Of a DNA stretch of 61,500 nucleotides, positions 9,798 through 19,911 are shown piece after piece. Both the position numbers and the translations under genes were made by a program. Positions within the stretch are counted from its first letter, which is position 1, and the number at the start of each line of letters is the position of its first letter. The stretch comes from an uncultured Acidimicrobiia bacterium (GTDB lineage: Bacteria; Actinomycetota; Acidimicrobiia; Spongiisociales; UBA4744): the NCBI GenBank assembly GCA_964383535.1, contig CAYLHS010000003.1:1-61500 (forward strand), in the 5' to 3' direction. The notes beneath the pieces are model-generated. The model ran no database searches and was not told the origin of the DNA. It saw only the letters and a program-made list of their open reading frames with translations.

Positions 9798-10943
9798 TCA
9801 GCCCCTCCTGAAGATGGCTGCGGCCCCCATGCCTCCGCCGATGCACATGCTCACAATGCCGTACTCGACGTCCCGACGCCTCATCTCGTGCAGCAGCGTC
9901 GCAGTGAGCTTGGCGCCGGTGCACCCCAGCGGGTGGCCGAGTGCAATCGCCCCACCGTTGACGTTCACCTTCTCGGGGTCGATGCCGAGCTCGCGTACGC
10001 AGTAGACGGCCTGGCTGGCAAAGGCCTCGTTCAGCTCGATGAGGCCGATATCGTCGAGGGACATCCCGGCTGCCTTGAGTGCTTTCGGAATGGCGACCGA
10101 CGGTCCGATGCCCATGATCGCCGGGTCCACCCCCGCAACCTGGAACGTGATGAGCTCCCCGAGCGGTTCGAAGCCCAGCTCGCTCGCTCGCTCCTTCGTC
10201 ATGAGAAGCTCGATGGCCGCGCCGTCGGACATCTGCGACGAGTTGCCTGCCGTCGATGTCCCGTTGACCTTGAACGCAGGCCTCAGCTTCGCGAGCCCGT
10301 CCAAGGTGCTCTCACGGGGCCCGTCGTCCGTGTCATACGTGAATTCCCTCCCGTCTGCTCGAACGGTCACCGGAATGATCTCATCGACGAACCTGCCCGC
10401 CTGCTGCGCAGCGACGGCCCGTCGCTGCGACTCGAGCGCAAAGCGGTCCTGCTCTTCTCGGCTCACGCTGAAGCGCTCGGCGACGTTCTCGCTGGTCATC
10501 CCCATCGACTCGTAGGCAGTGGGCATGTGCTCGGCCAGCCACGGGTTCGGCGCCGGCTTGTTGCCGCCCATGGGGACCATGGTCATCGACTCGACTCCGC
10601 CCGTCAGCACGATGTCAGAGAAGCCGGCGGAGATGTGCGCTGCCCCGGTCGCGAGCGTCTGCAGTCCGGAGCTGCAGAAGCGGTTCATCGTCATGGCCGG
10701 CGTCTCGAACGGGATGCCTGCCCTGAGCGCCGCGATCCTGCCCACGTTCATCCCCTGCTCACCTTCCGGCATGGCACATCCGATGATCACATCGTCGATC
10801 GACGCTGGATCGAGCTCGGGGGTGCGCTCCAGGAAGCCTTGGATGAGCAAGGCAAGCAGCTCATCGGGTCGGGTCTCTCGTAGCGACCCTTTGTACGCTT
10901 TGCCGACCGCTGTCCGGTAGGCGTGGGTGACGACAACGCTCAT
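9798..10943 (-). CDS. fadA: Acetyl-CoA C-acyltransferase (thiolase)
   Basis: [43 protein letters not shown]. Confidence 0.93.
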   Translation of the reverse strand: MSVVVTHAYRTAVGKAYKGSLRETRPDELLALLIQGFLERTPELDPASIDDVIIGCAMPEGEQGMNVGRIAALRAGIPFETPAMTMNRFCSSGLQTLATGAAHISAGFSDIVLTGGVESMTMVPMGGNKPAPNPWLAEHMPTAYESMGMTSENVAERFSVSREEQDRFALESQRRAVAAQQAGRFVDEIIPVTVRADGREFTYDTDDGPRESTLDGLAKLRPAFKVNGTSTAGNSSQMSDGAAIELLMTKERASELGFEPLGELITFQVAGVDPAIMGIGPSVAIPKALKAAGMSLDDIGLIELNEAFASQAVYCVRELGIDPEKVNVNGGAIALGHPLGCTGAKLTATLLHEMRRRDVEYGIVSMCIGGGMGAAAIFRRG

Positions 10944-10958
10944 GTGTTTCTCGCTTCC

Positions 10959-13346
10959 CTAGTTCCTCAGTGGTTTGCCGGTAGCCAGCATGTGCTGGAT
11001 TCGTTCGATCGTCTTCTCCTCGTGGCACAGCTCGAGGAACACCTCGCGCTCGAGGTCGAGCATCTCCTGTTCGGTGCGTTCGGTGCCCTGGGGAACGTCG
11101 CCTCCGCAGATCACGTATCCGAGCCGGCCGGCGAGGTGCTGGTCGTACTCGCTGATATACCCTCCGCCCCGCATACCGTGAGCCGCCACCTCGATCGCCG
11201 CTATCCCGTCCGTTCCCGGCACCTTCACGGTGCATGGCCGCGGCGGCCTGTAGCCACCGTCGACAAGAGCCAGTACGTCCTTCTTGGCGGCGGCGAGCAG
11301 CGTGTCCGGGTTCAAGTGGACTTTGTCCGTCGGCCGCAGGTAGCCGAGGTCCCTGGCTTCCTCCGCACTCGTTGACACCGTCCCCAAGCCGATCGTCCTG
11401 AAGATCTTCTCCATGAACGGGAAGAGGTTTGCGTTGACGCCGGAAGGTACGCTGCCGTAGTGGCGGAAGGCCATCTCTTTGCACCCTCCGCCTGCGGGGA
11501 TCACTCCGACGCCTAGTTCGACAAGTCCCAGGTACGTCTCTGCGGACGCTCGCACGAGGTCGCCGTGCATGACCGCTTCGCAACCACCCCCGAGCGCCAT
11601 TCCCCGTGGGGCGATGACCACAGGGCCCTTGCAGTATTTCACCCTCATGTAGGCGTTCTGGATGCCGGCGACAGCCCCTTCGAGTTCGTCCCACATGTTC
11701 GACATGGCCAACATGCCGACGAGTCCGATGTTGGCCCCGACCGAGAAGTTGGCGGCTTCACTCCCCACGACGAGACCGACCAGCTCGCCGCTGTCGACCT
11801 TGTCCAATGCCGTGTTGAGCATCTCGATGATCTGCGCGTCGATCGAATTCATCTTGGTGTGGAACTCGACGAGCCCGACGCCATCGCCCATGTCGTAGAG
11901 CGTCGCGCCGTCGTTGTGCTCCATGGCCACGAGATCGGCGATCGTGACGATGCCCTCCATCCCCGGGGCAGGCAGGTACCCACTGGCGTTGACGTCCCAG
12001 TAGTGGAGGACACCGTTGCGTCGCACGTACCAGGTGCCGTCCGACTCTGCGAGCATCGTGTCGACGACGGTTGGCACCGCCATGCCTTCGTCTCGCATGC
12101 GCTTGACGGATGCTTCGACGCCAATGGCGTCCCATGCCTCGAACGGGCCGAGGTCGTAGTTGAAACCCCATCGAATCGCTCGGTCGATGTTGACGAGGTC
12201 ATCCGCGATGACTCCGAGCAGGTCGGCCGAGTAGATGCAAGTTTCGGCGGTCGTCTTCCACGCGAGCTGGCCGGCGACATCGTCGTACCAGACCATTTCG
12301 CGCACTCGGTCCCTGACATCGTCGAGGTTGCGGGCAGCCCCGATCGAGTCGTAGCGCACCTTTGGCTGCGATTCATACTCCAACGTGTCGAAGTTCAGAA
12401 CAAGGATCTCGCTGCGTCCGTCGGCGCCACGGGTCTTCTTGTAGAAGCCGGCGCCGGTCTTCTGACCGAGGTCGCCCCGCTCCACGAGTGCTTCCAGGAC
12501 GGCCGGGGGGGCGAATCGTTCGCGCCACGGATCGTCGTCGGAGCCGTCAGCGATGGTACGCAGCACGTGAACCATCGTGTCGAGTCCAACCACATCTGAC
12601 GTGCGGAAGATGGCCGACTTGGGGCGGCCCATGGCAGGGCCGAGGATCTTGTCGACTTCGGTTACGCCCAGCCCGAGTTCCGACATCCAGTGGAATGCCG
12701 AGGTCATGGCGAACGTGCCGATGCGGTTGCCCACGAAATTGGGGGTGTCTTTGCCATAGACGATGCCCTTGCCGAGAACATCCGAGCCGAAGTCGGCCAT
12801 CGCTGCCAGGACATCGGGGTCGGTGTCGACGCTCGGCACCAGTTCGAGCAGGTGCAGGTAGCGGACCGGGTTGAAGAAGTGGGTGACGAGGAAGTTGCGC
12901 CGGAAGTCGTCGCTTCTCCCTTCTGCCATGGCCGCCACCGACAGACCCGAGGTGTTGGAGGAGACGATCGTCCCCGGTGTGCGGTGTTCGTCGACCATGG
13001 CGAACACCTTCTGTTTGATGTCTAGCCGCTCCACGACTACTTCGACGATCCAGTCGACTTCGCCCAGCTTGTCGATGTCGTCCTCGTAGTTGCAGGCGGT
13101 CACAAGGGGTGCGAGGTCCTTGCGGTACAGCAGCGCAGGCTTGGCTCGCTGCATCGACTCCAGCCCCGCGTTCGAGATGCGGTTTCGCACGTCGGCGAGT
13201 GTGAGACCCTTCGCCTTCTCGGCGTCGGTCAGCTCACCCGGTGCGATGTCGAACAGGTAGGAGGGGATGCCTGCGTTTGCGAGCTGGGCGGCGATGCCCT
13301 GCCCCATGACTCCCGATCCCAGTACTGCCACTCGGCTGATGCCCAT
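10959..13346 (-). CDS. 3-hydroxyacyl-CoA dehydrogenase / enoyl-CoA hydratase fusion (FadN type)
   Basis: VAVLGSGVMGQGIAA Rossmann motif, SSNTSGL, HFFNPVRY, NFVGNRIG; C-terminal crotonase domain (FSVGANI, GMALGGGCE). Confidence 0.92.
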   Translation of the reverse strand: MGISRVAVLGSGVMGQGIAAQLANAGIPSYLFDIAPGELTDAEKAKGLTLADVRNRISNAGLESMQRAKPALLYRKDLAPLVTACNYEDDIDKLGEVDWIVEVVVERLDIKQKVFAMVDEHRTPGTIVSSNTSGLSVAAMAEGRSDDFRRNFLVTHFFNPVRYLHLLELVPSVDTDPDVLAAMADFGSDVLGKGIVYGKDTPNFVGNRIGTFAMTSAFHWMSELGLGVTEVDKILGPAMGRPKSAIFRTSDVVGLDTMVHVLRTIADGSDDDPWRERFAPPAVLEALVERGDLGQKTGAGFYKKTRGADGRSEILVLNFDTLEYESQPKVRYDSIGAARNLDDVRDRVREMVWYDDVAGQLAWKTTAETCIYSADLLGVIADDLVNIDRAIRWGFNYDLGPFEAWDAIGVEASVKRMRDEGMAVPTVVDTMLAESDGTWYVRRNGVLHYWDVNASGYLPAPGMEGIVTIADLVAMEHNDGATLYDMGDGVGLVEFHTKMNSIDAQIIEMLNTALDKVDSGELVGLVVGSEAANFSVGANIGLVGMLAMSNMWDELEGAVAGIQNAYMRVKYCKGPVVIAPRGMALGGGCEAVMHGDLVRASAETYLGLVELGVGVIPAGGGCKEMAFRHYGSVPSGVNANLFPFMEKIFRTIGLGTVSTSAEEARDLGYLRPTDKVHLNPDTLLAAAKKDVLALVDGGYRPPRPCTVKVPGTDGIAAIEVAAHGMRGGGYISEYDQHLAGRLGYVICGGDVPQGTERTEQEMLDLEREVFLELCHEEKTIERIQHMLATGKPLRN

Positions 13347-13436
13347 CGGTCCTCCACGATCAGATGCCCCAACACTATCGAAGTTTTCGAGCACCACGTT
13401 CGCGACAGCAAGCAACGGCGGGCAAGGCCCGCCGCC

Positions 13437-13492
13437 AGACAGCTCACAGCTGTTCAGCTGTTCGGCTATACAGCAGTCGCCTCCAGCCTCCA
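13437..13492. repeat. Heptamer/octamer-phased tract
   Basis: AGACAGC TCACAGC TGTTCAGC TGTTCGGC TATACAGC, then GCCTCCA x2. Confidence 0.5.
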
Positions 13493-13531
13493 GGAAGACG
13501 CGACCATATCTCTCGCGAGACCGCTGGCCGA

Positions 13532-13619
13532 CGGTTTCCTCCCCCAGCGAACGACGTGAGCGTTGGGGGAGGTGGACTCGGCCGTCAGGCCGAGGACGGA
13601 GGGGGCGGTTCCCACCAAC
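13532..13619 (+). repeat. REP-like palindromic element, copy B
   Basis: CGGTTTCCTCCCCCAGCGA...GAGCGTTGGGGGAGGTGG...GCCGAGGACGGAGGGGGCGGTTCCCACCAAC. Confidence 0.8.
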
Positions 13620-13625
13620 CGGGAT

Positions 13626-14780
13626 CTACCTACAGGAAGGTTGGGCTTCCAGCCAGGCGAGTGCGGCATCGAGAACGCGGTCGCCACTGTCGGTCGGCAG
13701 GACGGCAACCAGCTGGTCCGGGACGATGGGACCGTCGTAGAGGCTACCGAGACGATCCTGCGCCTCACCGCCGGTGATCACGATCGTCGATCCGTCGGCG
13801 AGCAGGACCGGAGCATTGCCCGTGGGTACGCCGTAGCTGCTCGTGGAGCCGAACGTTCGGGTGCCGGGTCGCCCCAGAAACGCCACCAGGACACCCTCAC
13901 TGGCGCTGGCGGTGCCGTAGGAGATGAGCACCGCCACAGGGGCATCAGAGTCATGCACGACGTAGGGATCTGTAACCACCGACGCCTCCTTGGTCGCCTC
14001 GACCAGGGCGGAAGGGGAACCGGCCGGAGTCTCAATACCGACGAACGGCGCACCGTTGACATACAACAGGCCGTCCTCATAGCTGAACTCCCCGTGTGCA
14101 GCAGGCCCAACGTACGAGAGGAACGTCCCAGATCCGAGCAGGGGTGCAACGGCCAACAAGAACGGCTCGATGGTCTCCCCACCGGTGGTTCGCAGGTCGA
14201 CCACCCATCCACACACCGGGTCCGTCTCGTCGGCTGCACGCAACAAGCTTTGGACCTGGGTCGCGTAGGTGGTCCACTGATCCGACAGGACGCCAGGCAG
14301 GGGAGTGAGCACCACCTCCCCGATCGCAGCTCCCGTATCCAACTCGATGCGGCCGCCATACGGCGGGTCAGTGTGCACCACTGTCCCGAGCGAAGCCTCC
14401 TGGTACGGCCGAAGGAACGTGTGGTTGGCACCCGTTGCTCGCAGGGCCTCGCGGATCGCCGTATAGGCGCCGACCTGGGATGGATTCGCTTCCACCAGGC
14501 CCATGGCGTCAGAACGTATCGGACCCCAATCGACCTCGTCCGTCTTGTAGTAGTACTCCTCGGCCAAGTCGATCGCGTCGGCCACATACGCCACCCAGTC
14601 GATCCCAGACGTCGTCGAGGTGACCGCTGTGGTGCTGGTTGTCGCGGCCGACCCGGTCGTCGTAGGCGCCCTTGTGGACGAGGCTGGGTGGTTCACGCAT
14701 GCGGCGAGTATGCACACCAGCCAGCAGCACAGAAGAACTACACCACGCCTGGTCGACACTTCGGACCGAAGGCTACTCAC
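13626..14780 (-). CDS. S41 family peptidase, predicted lipoprotein
   Basis: LAAC lipobox, Thr-rich linker, VVDLRTTGG, VAVLISYGTASASE. Confidence 0.75.
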   Translation of the reverse strand: MSSLRSEVSTRRGVVLLCCWLVCILAACVNHPASSTRAPTTTGSAATTSTTAVTSTTSGIDWVAYVADAIDLAEEYYYKTDEVDWGPIRSDAMGLVEANPSQVGAYTAIREALRATGANHTFLRPYQEASLGTVVHTDPPYGGRIELDTGAAIGEVVLTPLPGVLSDQWTTYATQVQSLLRAADETDPVCGWVVDLRTTGGETIEPFLLAVAPLLGSGTFLSYVGPAAHGEFSYEDGLLYVNGAPFVGIETPAGSPSALVEATKEASVVTDPYVVHDSDAPVAVLISYGTASASEGVLVAFLGRPGTRTFGSTSSYGVPTGNAPVLLADGSTIVITGGEAQDRLGSLYDGPIVPDQLVAVLPTDSGDRVLDAALAWLEAQPSCR

Positions 14781-14815
14781 TGGAGAATCGACCTGGTGAC
14801 TTATGCCAGCCGAAA

Positions 14816-14844
14816 GCGGTACGCGGTACGAAGGTACCAGGTAC
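14816..14844. repeat. Heptamer-phased tract after dnaB
   Basis: GCGGTAC GCGGTAC GAAGGTAC CAGGTAC. Confidence 0.6.
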
Positions 14845-14867
14845 GGGCGCAGCCTTCGGGCTGCGCT

Positions 14868-16232
14868 CTACACCACATCCCGGCCGAGGTCGGAGAACAG
14901 CGTGAACTCGGGAAGGAACGTCATCTGCACCATGCCGGTCGATCCGCTTCGATGCTTCGCCACAATCACTTCCGCCAGCCCTTTCGCGTCCTGAGCCTCC
15001 GGGTGGTAGTACTCGTGGCGGTAGATGAACATGACGATGTCGGCATCCTGTTCGATAGCCCCCGATTCCCGCAAGTCGCCCAGGCGAGGGCGCTTGTCCT
15101 CTCGTGATTCCAGACTGCGGTTCAGCTGCGAAACGGCGAGGATCGGCACGTCGAGTTCTCGCGCGAGGTTCTTCAACGATCGTGATATCTCTGCGATCTC
15201 CTGTTGACGATTCTCTCTCGCCAAACCCTGCATGAGTTGGAGGTAGTCGATGATGATCAGCTGGAGGCCGTGAGCTCGTCGCAGACGTCGGCTCTTCGCA
15301 CGAATGTCGGTGACGGTGAGCTGCGGCGAGTCGTCGATGTACACCGGAATCTGATACATCTTGGACGCAGCATGAACGACCTTCTGCCACAGCTGCGGCC
15401 CGAGCTGCCCCGTGCGGAGCTTCATCGAGTCGACTCTGCCGGTGGAGCACAGCAGACGCTGCACGATCTCCTCTCTGCTCATCTCGAGTGAGAAGATCGC
15501 CACGGTGCCACCGGTCATGGCCACGTTCGTCGCGATGTTGGACACGAGCGTGCTCTTTCCCATTGACGGACGAGATGCCACGACGACGAGGTTGGCCGCC
15601 TGAAGGCCACCGAGCTTCTTGTCGAGGTCTCTGAAGCCGGTCGCCAACCCCGTCAGCTCCGACCCGCGGGCTTCCATCTCTTCGATGGTCTCGAGCGCGC
15701 CGTGCAGAAGCGGGCTCATCGGCACGAGACCATCACCGACACGACGCTCTGCAACACGGAGAACTGTCTGCTCGGCCTGATCCAGGACCACCGAGATCTC
15801 CTCGTCCGTCATGATGGCGAGGTCTCCGAGCACCCCACCCGCATGGATGAGTCTTCGGCGGAGGCCGTGTTCCTCAACGATTCCCGCGTAGTACTCGATG
15901 TTCGACGCCGTCGGGACGGCGTCCATCACATCGGAGAGGTAGCCGGCGCCTCCGATCCGATCGAGTTCACCTTTTCGATGCAATGCATCGGAAACCGTCA
16001 GAGCGTCGATCGGCTGGTTTGCGTTGTACAGATCGACGATCGCTTCGAAGATCGCCTGGTGCGCTGGCACGTAGAAGTCGTCAGGCTCCAGCTTGTCCAT
16101 GACGAGGTTTGCGGCCTCGGCGGACAGCATGATCGCTCCCAGCACCGACTCCTCCGCCTCCCGGTTGTGAGGGGCGACCCGCATTCTGCGGACTGATCCG
16201 CTTGGTGCGGGCGAGGTGAGACGATCGGTCAT
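14868..16232 (-). CDS. dnaB: Replicative DNA helicase
   Basis: PHNREAEESVLGA, ASRPSMGKST, FSLEMS, IIIDYLQLM, DLRESGAIEQDAD; no intein. Confidence 0.96.
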   Translation of the reverse strand: MTDRLTSPAPSGSVRRMRVAPHNREAEESVLGAIMLSAEAANLVMDKLEPDDFYVPAHQAIFEAIVDLYNANQPIDALTVSDALHRKGELDRIGGAGYLSDVMDAVPTASNIEYYAGIVEEHGLRRRLIHAGGVLGDLAIMTDEEISVVLDQAEQTVLRVAERRVGDGLVPMSPLLHGALETIEEMEARGSELTGLATGFRDLDKKLGGLQAANLVVVASRPSMGKSTLVSNIATNVAMTGGTVAIFSLEMSREEIVQRLLCSTGRVDSMKLRTGQLGPQLWQKVVHAASKMYQIPVYIDDSPQLTVTDIRAKSRRLRRAHGLQLIIIDYLQLMQGLARENRQQEIAEISRSLKNLARELDVPILAVSQLNRSLESREDKRPRLGDLRESGAIEQDADIVMFIYRHEYYHPEAQDAKGLAEVIVAKHRSGSTGMVQMTFLPEFTLFSDLGRDVV

Positions 16233-16233
16233 G

Positions 16234-16680
16234 CTATGCGGGGATCACATCCAGAGAAAGCGGGAACTCCACATCGGCGTGAAGCTTCACGCGAATCTCG
16301 TACAGGCCGATGCTCTTGATCGGCTCGGTCAGGTGAATCTGGCCCTTGTCCAACTCGACGCCTGTGAACTTCTGGACACCTTCGACGATATCGGTCTGGG
16401 TCACGGAGCCGAACAGCCGGCCTTCGTCACCGGCGCGTGCTGCGACCACCACTCGCGTGCCCACGAGCGTCTTGGCAACCGATTCGGCCTCCTCGAACGC
16501 ACGACGATCCGCCTCCCTACGGGTCCGCTGCAACGCCTCGGCGCTCTTGAGCGCGCCAGCACTCGCTTTGACGGCGAGGTGCTTCGGAAGCAGGTAGTTG
16601 CGGCCGTAGCCTTCGGAGACCTCGACGACATCTCCTTTCACGCCCAGCTGGGGCACATCGGAAATGAGTATGAGCTTCAT
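16234..16680 (-). CDS. rplI: 50S ribosomal protein L9
   Basis: MKLIL...[29 protein letters not shown]. Confidence 0.96.
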   Translation of the reverse strand: MKLILISDVPQLGVKGDVVEVSEGYGRNYLLPKHLAVKASAGALKSAEALQRTRREADRRAFEEAESVAKTLVGTRVVVAARAGDEGRLFGSVTQTDIVEGVQKFTGVELDKGQIHLTEPIKSIGLYEIRVKLHADVEFPLSLDVIPA

Positions 16681-16940
16681 CGCTTGATGTAGGGCAGGAT
16701 GGCCATCTCACGGGCGTTGCGGATCGCCCGAGCAACCTTGCGCTGATGCTGCGCGCAGTTCCCCGTCACCCGCCGAGCCCTGATCTTGGCGCGGTCGGAC
16801 ATGTAGTTGCGGAGCAGCGCCACATCCTTGTAGTCGATGTAGTCAATCTTCTCCTTGCAGAAGTAGCAGGGCTTCGGCTTGCGCTGTCGCAGGTTCGCCT
16901 GCTGCGTCCTCCGGCGCGAGCCTTTCGGTTTCTGTGCCAT
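16677..16940 (-). CDS. rpsR: 30S ribosomal protein S18
   Basis: CYFC...[28 protein letters not shown]...[19 protein letters not shown] (Zn-binding C+ form). Confidence 0.96.
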   Translation of the reverse strand: MAQKPKGSRRRTQQANLRQRKPKPCYFCKEKIDYIDYKDVALLRNYMSDRAKIRARRVTGNCAQHQRKVARAIRNAREMAILPYIKR

Positions 16941-16951
16941 GTGTGTCCTCT

Positions 16952-17395
16952 CTAGAAAGGCGCCTCGTCGGGGCCGTAGCTCTCCCGAGCGACCGGCGCG
17001 GCCGGCGCCGGCTTCGAGCTGCCCCAGTCTCCGCCGTCCCGTGCGGTCTTGGTGACCGATGCAGTCGCCCAGCGGAGGGATGGACCGATCTCGTCGATAC
17101 GAAGCTCGACGACTGAGCGTTTGTCACCCTCCTGGGTCTCCCACTGCCGCTGCTCGAGGCTGCCGGCAACGATGACCCGCGTGCCCTTCTGCAATGATTC
17201 GGCGGCGTTCTCGGCAGCTTCACGCCACAGCGTGCCGCCGAAGAAGCTCGTCTGCTCCTGCCACTCGCCGCTCTGGTCACGCCATCTCCTGTTGACCGCG
17301 ACCCGAATCTTGGCCATCGCGACGCCGGATGGGGTGAAGCGAAGCTCGGGGTCCTCGACGAGGTTGCCGATGAGGGTCACGTTGTTGGTCGCCAT
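16952..17395 (-). CDS. ssb: Single-stranded DNA-binding protein
   Basis: [22 protein letters not shown]-terminal DEAPF. Confidence 0.96.
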   Translation of the reverse strand: MATNNVTLIGNLVEDPELRFTPSGVAMAKIRVAVNRRWRDQSGEWQEQTSFFGGTLWREAAENAAESLQKGTRVIVAGSLEQRQWETQEGDKRSVVELRIDEIGPSLRWATASVTKTARDGGDWGSSKPAPAAPVARESYGPDEAPF

Positions 17396-17462
17396 TGGAA
17401 TCTCTCTCCTTGCCGCTCGTTCCACCTGCATCGTGACGTGCGGGTGGGACAGAAAACGGCGG

Positions 17463-17750
17463 TCACTCGTCCGGTCGGATGATCTTGTGGCGTACCACCA
17501 GGTCAGCCAGCGACAGAACCCGATCGAGATCGTCGACCACGTCGGGTTCGGCCTTGAAGTTCAGCACCGAGTAGTAGCCCTCGTGGAGATGGTTGATCTC
17601 GTAGGCGAAGCGACGCTTGCCCCACAAGTCCCGCTTCTCGACCGTCCCGCCTCGGCTGCGAAGGAACTCCTCCGTCTGCTCGACGAGCTTCTGGTAATCG
17701 GTCTCGGCCAGTTCAGGCCGATGAATGGTCATCAACTCATAGCTTCGCAT
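17463..17750 (-). CDS. rpsF: 30S ribosomal protein S6
   Basis: MRSYELMTIHRPE, WGKRRFAYEI, EGYYSV; AAAGGAGGTG SD upstream. Confidence 0.95.
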   Translation of the reverse strand: MRSYELMTIHRPELAETDYQKLVEQTEEFLRSRGGTVEKRDLWGKRRFAYEINHLHEGYYSVLNFKAEPDVVDDLDRVLSLADLVVRHKIIRPDE

Positions 17751-17835
17751 TCCACCTCCTTTGGACATCCGCTTCTCGCGGAAGGCCCCGCCGTTCGACG
17801 GAGCAGGGTTCGGCGATACGCCGTGGGAAGCGGTT
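17751..17835 (-). promoter_or_regulatory. rpsF leader RNA (S6:S18 autoregulatory element candidate)
   Basis: Minus strand CCCUGCUCCGUC-GAAC-GGCGGGGCC hairpin inside a CCGCUUC/GAAGCGG stem just before the SD; TACACT -10 at 17838-17843. Confidence 0.55.
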
Positions 17836-17898
17836 GGAGTGTAACCGCCGCGGCGGGGTCTCGGAAAGCGAGAGCCCGACCTGGTTTTCCCGATCTGG

Positions 17899-18324
17899 TC
17901 ACGGAACCAGGACTGCGCCGGCCGGAAGTGCCGACAAGAGGCCGCCCCTCGGTGCTTCCACCGCCCACCGGTACGGGTCGGATGGTCCGTAAGTGGGGCA
18001 CGGATCTGACGCACAGATCGGCATGGTGAGTACGTCGATGAGCGTGCCATCACTCCTGAAGAATGCGATGTCCAGGGGCAGCAGCGTGTCCTTCATCCAG
18101 AAGCGGGTGGTCGTGATGTCGGAGAACTCGAACAGCATCCCGTCGACCCCGTCGATGGACGTGACGCCACCGAGGCCCTTCGCCTGCTGGGCGGAGGTCG
18201 ACGCGACCGCCACGGACAATGCCTGACCGTCGATGTCGATCTGTCGAACGGGGAACCCTTGCCAGTCGGTCGCCGACGGCGCGCAGCCAACGGCGATCAG
18301 CACCGCTATGAGAAGTGCCTTCAT
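17899..18324 (-). CDS. DUF192 domain protein
   Basis: GMLFEF...FWMKDTLLPLDIAF...CPTYGP...AVEAPRG. Confidence 0.85.
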   Translation of the reverse strand: MKALLIAVLIAVGCAPSATDWQGFPVRQIDIDGQALSVAVASTSAQQAKGLGGVTSIDGVDGMLFEFSDITTTRFWMKDTLLPLDIAFFRSDGTLIDVLTMPICASDPCPTYGPSDPYRWAVEAPRGGLLSALPAGAVLVP

Positions 18325-19157
18325 CCTCCGAGAAGCTCGGCTGCTGCGTCGCCGCTCATGTGGTAGCTCTCCTCTTCACTCGGGAACGCACCTCTGCGTA
18401 CATCATCTACGTAGTGCCGCATCGCCTCGACCGCTCCTCCGTAGAGGTCTGCGTACTGGCGGACGAACTTGGCGACGTGACCCGTGGTGAGACCGAGGAT
18501 GTCGTGAAAGACGAGTACCTGTCCATCCGTGTCGATCCCTGCACCGATGCCGATCGTCGGCACCGGCACCTCTTTCGTAACGGTCCTCGCGAGCAGATCT
18601 GGAATGCCCTCGAGAACGATGGAGAACACGCCTGCCTCTGCGAGGGCGATGGCGTCCGCTATCAGGTCCTTGGCTGCCGGACCGAGCTTGCCTTGTACCT
18701 TGTAGCCCCCCATCGCATGAACCGACTGCGGGGTGAGTCCGAGGTGCCCCATCACGGGTATCTCCGCGTCGATGATCGCGCCTATGACCGGGATTCGCTT
18801 GCGGCCACCTTCGAGCTTGACCGCCTCCGCTCCTCCGTCGCGGACCAGCCGACCGGCGTTGATCACGGCGGCCTCTCTCGATACGTGGTAGCTCATCCAG
18901 GGCATGTCCCCTACCAGCAAGGCATCGGGTTTGGCTCTGCTGACCGCGGCGGTGTGATGGACCATGATGTCGATATCGACCCGTAGCGTGTCGTCGAACC
19001 CGAGGACGGTGTTCGCGACGGAATCTCCAACGAGGATGATGTCGACGCCGGCGGCATCGGCGATCCGGGCGCCAGGCGTGTCGTAGGCGGTGACCATCGC
19101 GAGGCGCTCGCCGCCCTTTCTCTCACGAACGATGGGAACGGTGATCTTTCCGGCCAT
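18321..19157 (-). CDS. panB: 3-methyl-2-oxobutanoate hydroxymethyltransferase
   Basis: MVTAYD, ILVGDSVA, DMPWMSY, AVKLEGG, GHLGLTPQS, IGIGAG..DGQVLV. Confidence 0.95.
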   Translation of the reverse strand: MAGKITVPIVRERKGGERLAMVTAYDTPGARIADAAGVDIILVGDSVANTVLGFDDTLRVDIDIMVHHTAAVSRAKPDALLVGDMPWMSYHVSREAAVINAGRLVRDGGAEAVKLEGGRKRIPVIGAIIDAEIPVMGHLGLTPQSVHAMGGYKVQGKLGPAAKDLIADAIALAEAGVFSIVLEGIPDLLARTVTKEVPVPTIGIGAGIDTDGQVLVFHDILGLTTGHVAKFVRQYADLYGGAVEAMRHYVDDVRRGAFPSEEESYHMSGDAAAELLGG

Positions 19158-19262
19158 GAGTTACTCCTCTCTCTCCCCACCGCGAAGGGTTGGGGGACGC
19201 TCGGTGGCCACACACAGACTACCGCCGGGTCGCGAGGCGGTAGGGTTGCGCTGGGGAGAAGG

Positions 19263-19784
19263 ATGTTCGAGTCGGCGCTCATCGTTGAGGTTCCCGAGGT
19301 CGATGCTGTCGTCGGGCGATGGCGATCGATGCTCGATCCGGTGTCCGGAGTCGGCATCCCTTCGCACGTCACCGTGTTGTACCCCTTTCTCGAACGGATC
19401 TCTGACAAGGCTCTCGAAGGAATCAGGGAGATCGCGGCGTCGGTTCATGCATTCCCCTTCACCTTCGCGTCGGTGGCCCGCTGGCCAAACGTCGTATACC
19501 TGCCACCCACTCCACCAGAACCGTTCCTAGAACTCACCGAACGCTGTGTGAAGCGATGGCCGCATCTCCGACCGTATGAGGGCGACTTCGAGGAGGTCGT
19601 TCCCCATCTGACCGTTGCCCACAAGAAGGACGGTCCACTCGATGATCAGCTCGCTGCCACCATCATCGACGACGTCGCGACACACCTGCCGATCGATTCG
19701 ATGGCAACGACTGTCTCGGTGTGGGTCACCGACGGCGGGGCGTGGACCGCTCACACGACCTTCCCGTTGGGAATCGGCTCGTAG
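19263..19784 (+). CDS. 2H phosphoesterase (2'-5' RNA ligase family)
   Basis: Two HxT motifs: SHVTVLYPF and PHLTVA. Confidence 0.85.
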   Translation: MFESALIVEVPEVDAVVGRWRSMLDPVSGVGIPSHVTVLYPFLERISDKALEGIREIAASVHAFPFTFASVARWPNVVYLPPTPPEPFLELTERCVKRWPHLRPYEGDFEEVVPHLTVAHKKDGPLDDQLAATIIDDVATHLPIDSMATTVSVWVTDGGAWTAHTTFPLGIGS

Positions 19785-19911
19785 GGCACTTCAGGGACCG
19801 CAGTTCAGGTCGGGCCTCACATGCAGTAGCGCTCTCCGCGCCATCAGTCACCCTGGATCACCCCGGTGAAGGGCCGGCTGATCGAAGACGAGGTCTTCCC
19901 GAGGGCTCCGC

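Noticed and set aside
14868-16232. Intein in DnaB
   Set aside because: 454 aa with contiguous motifs and no insertion
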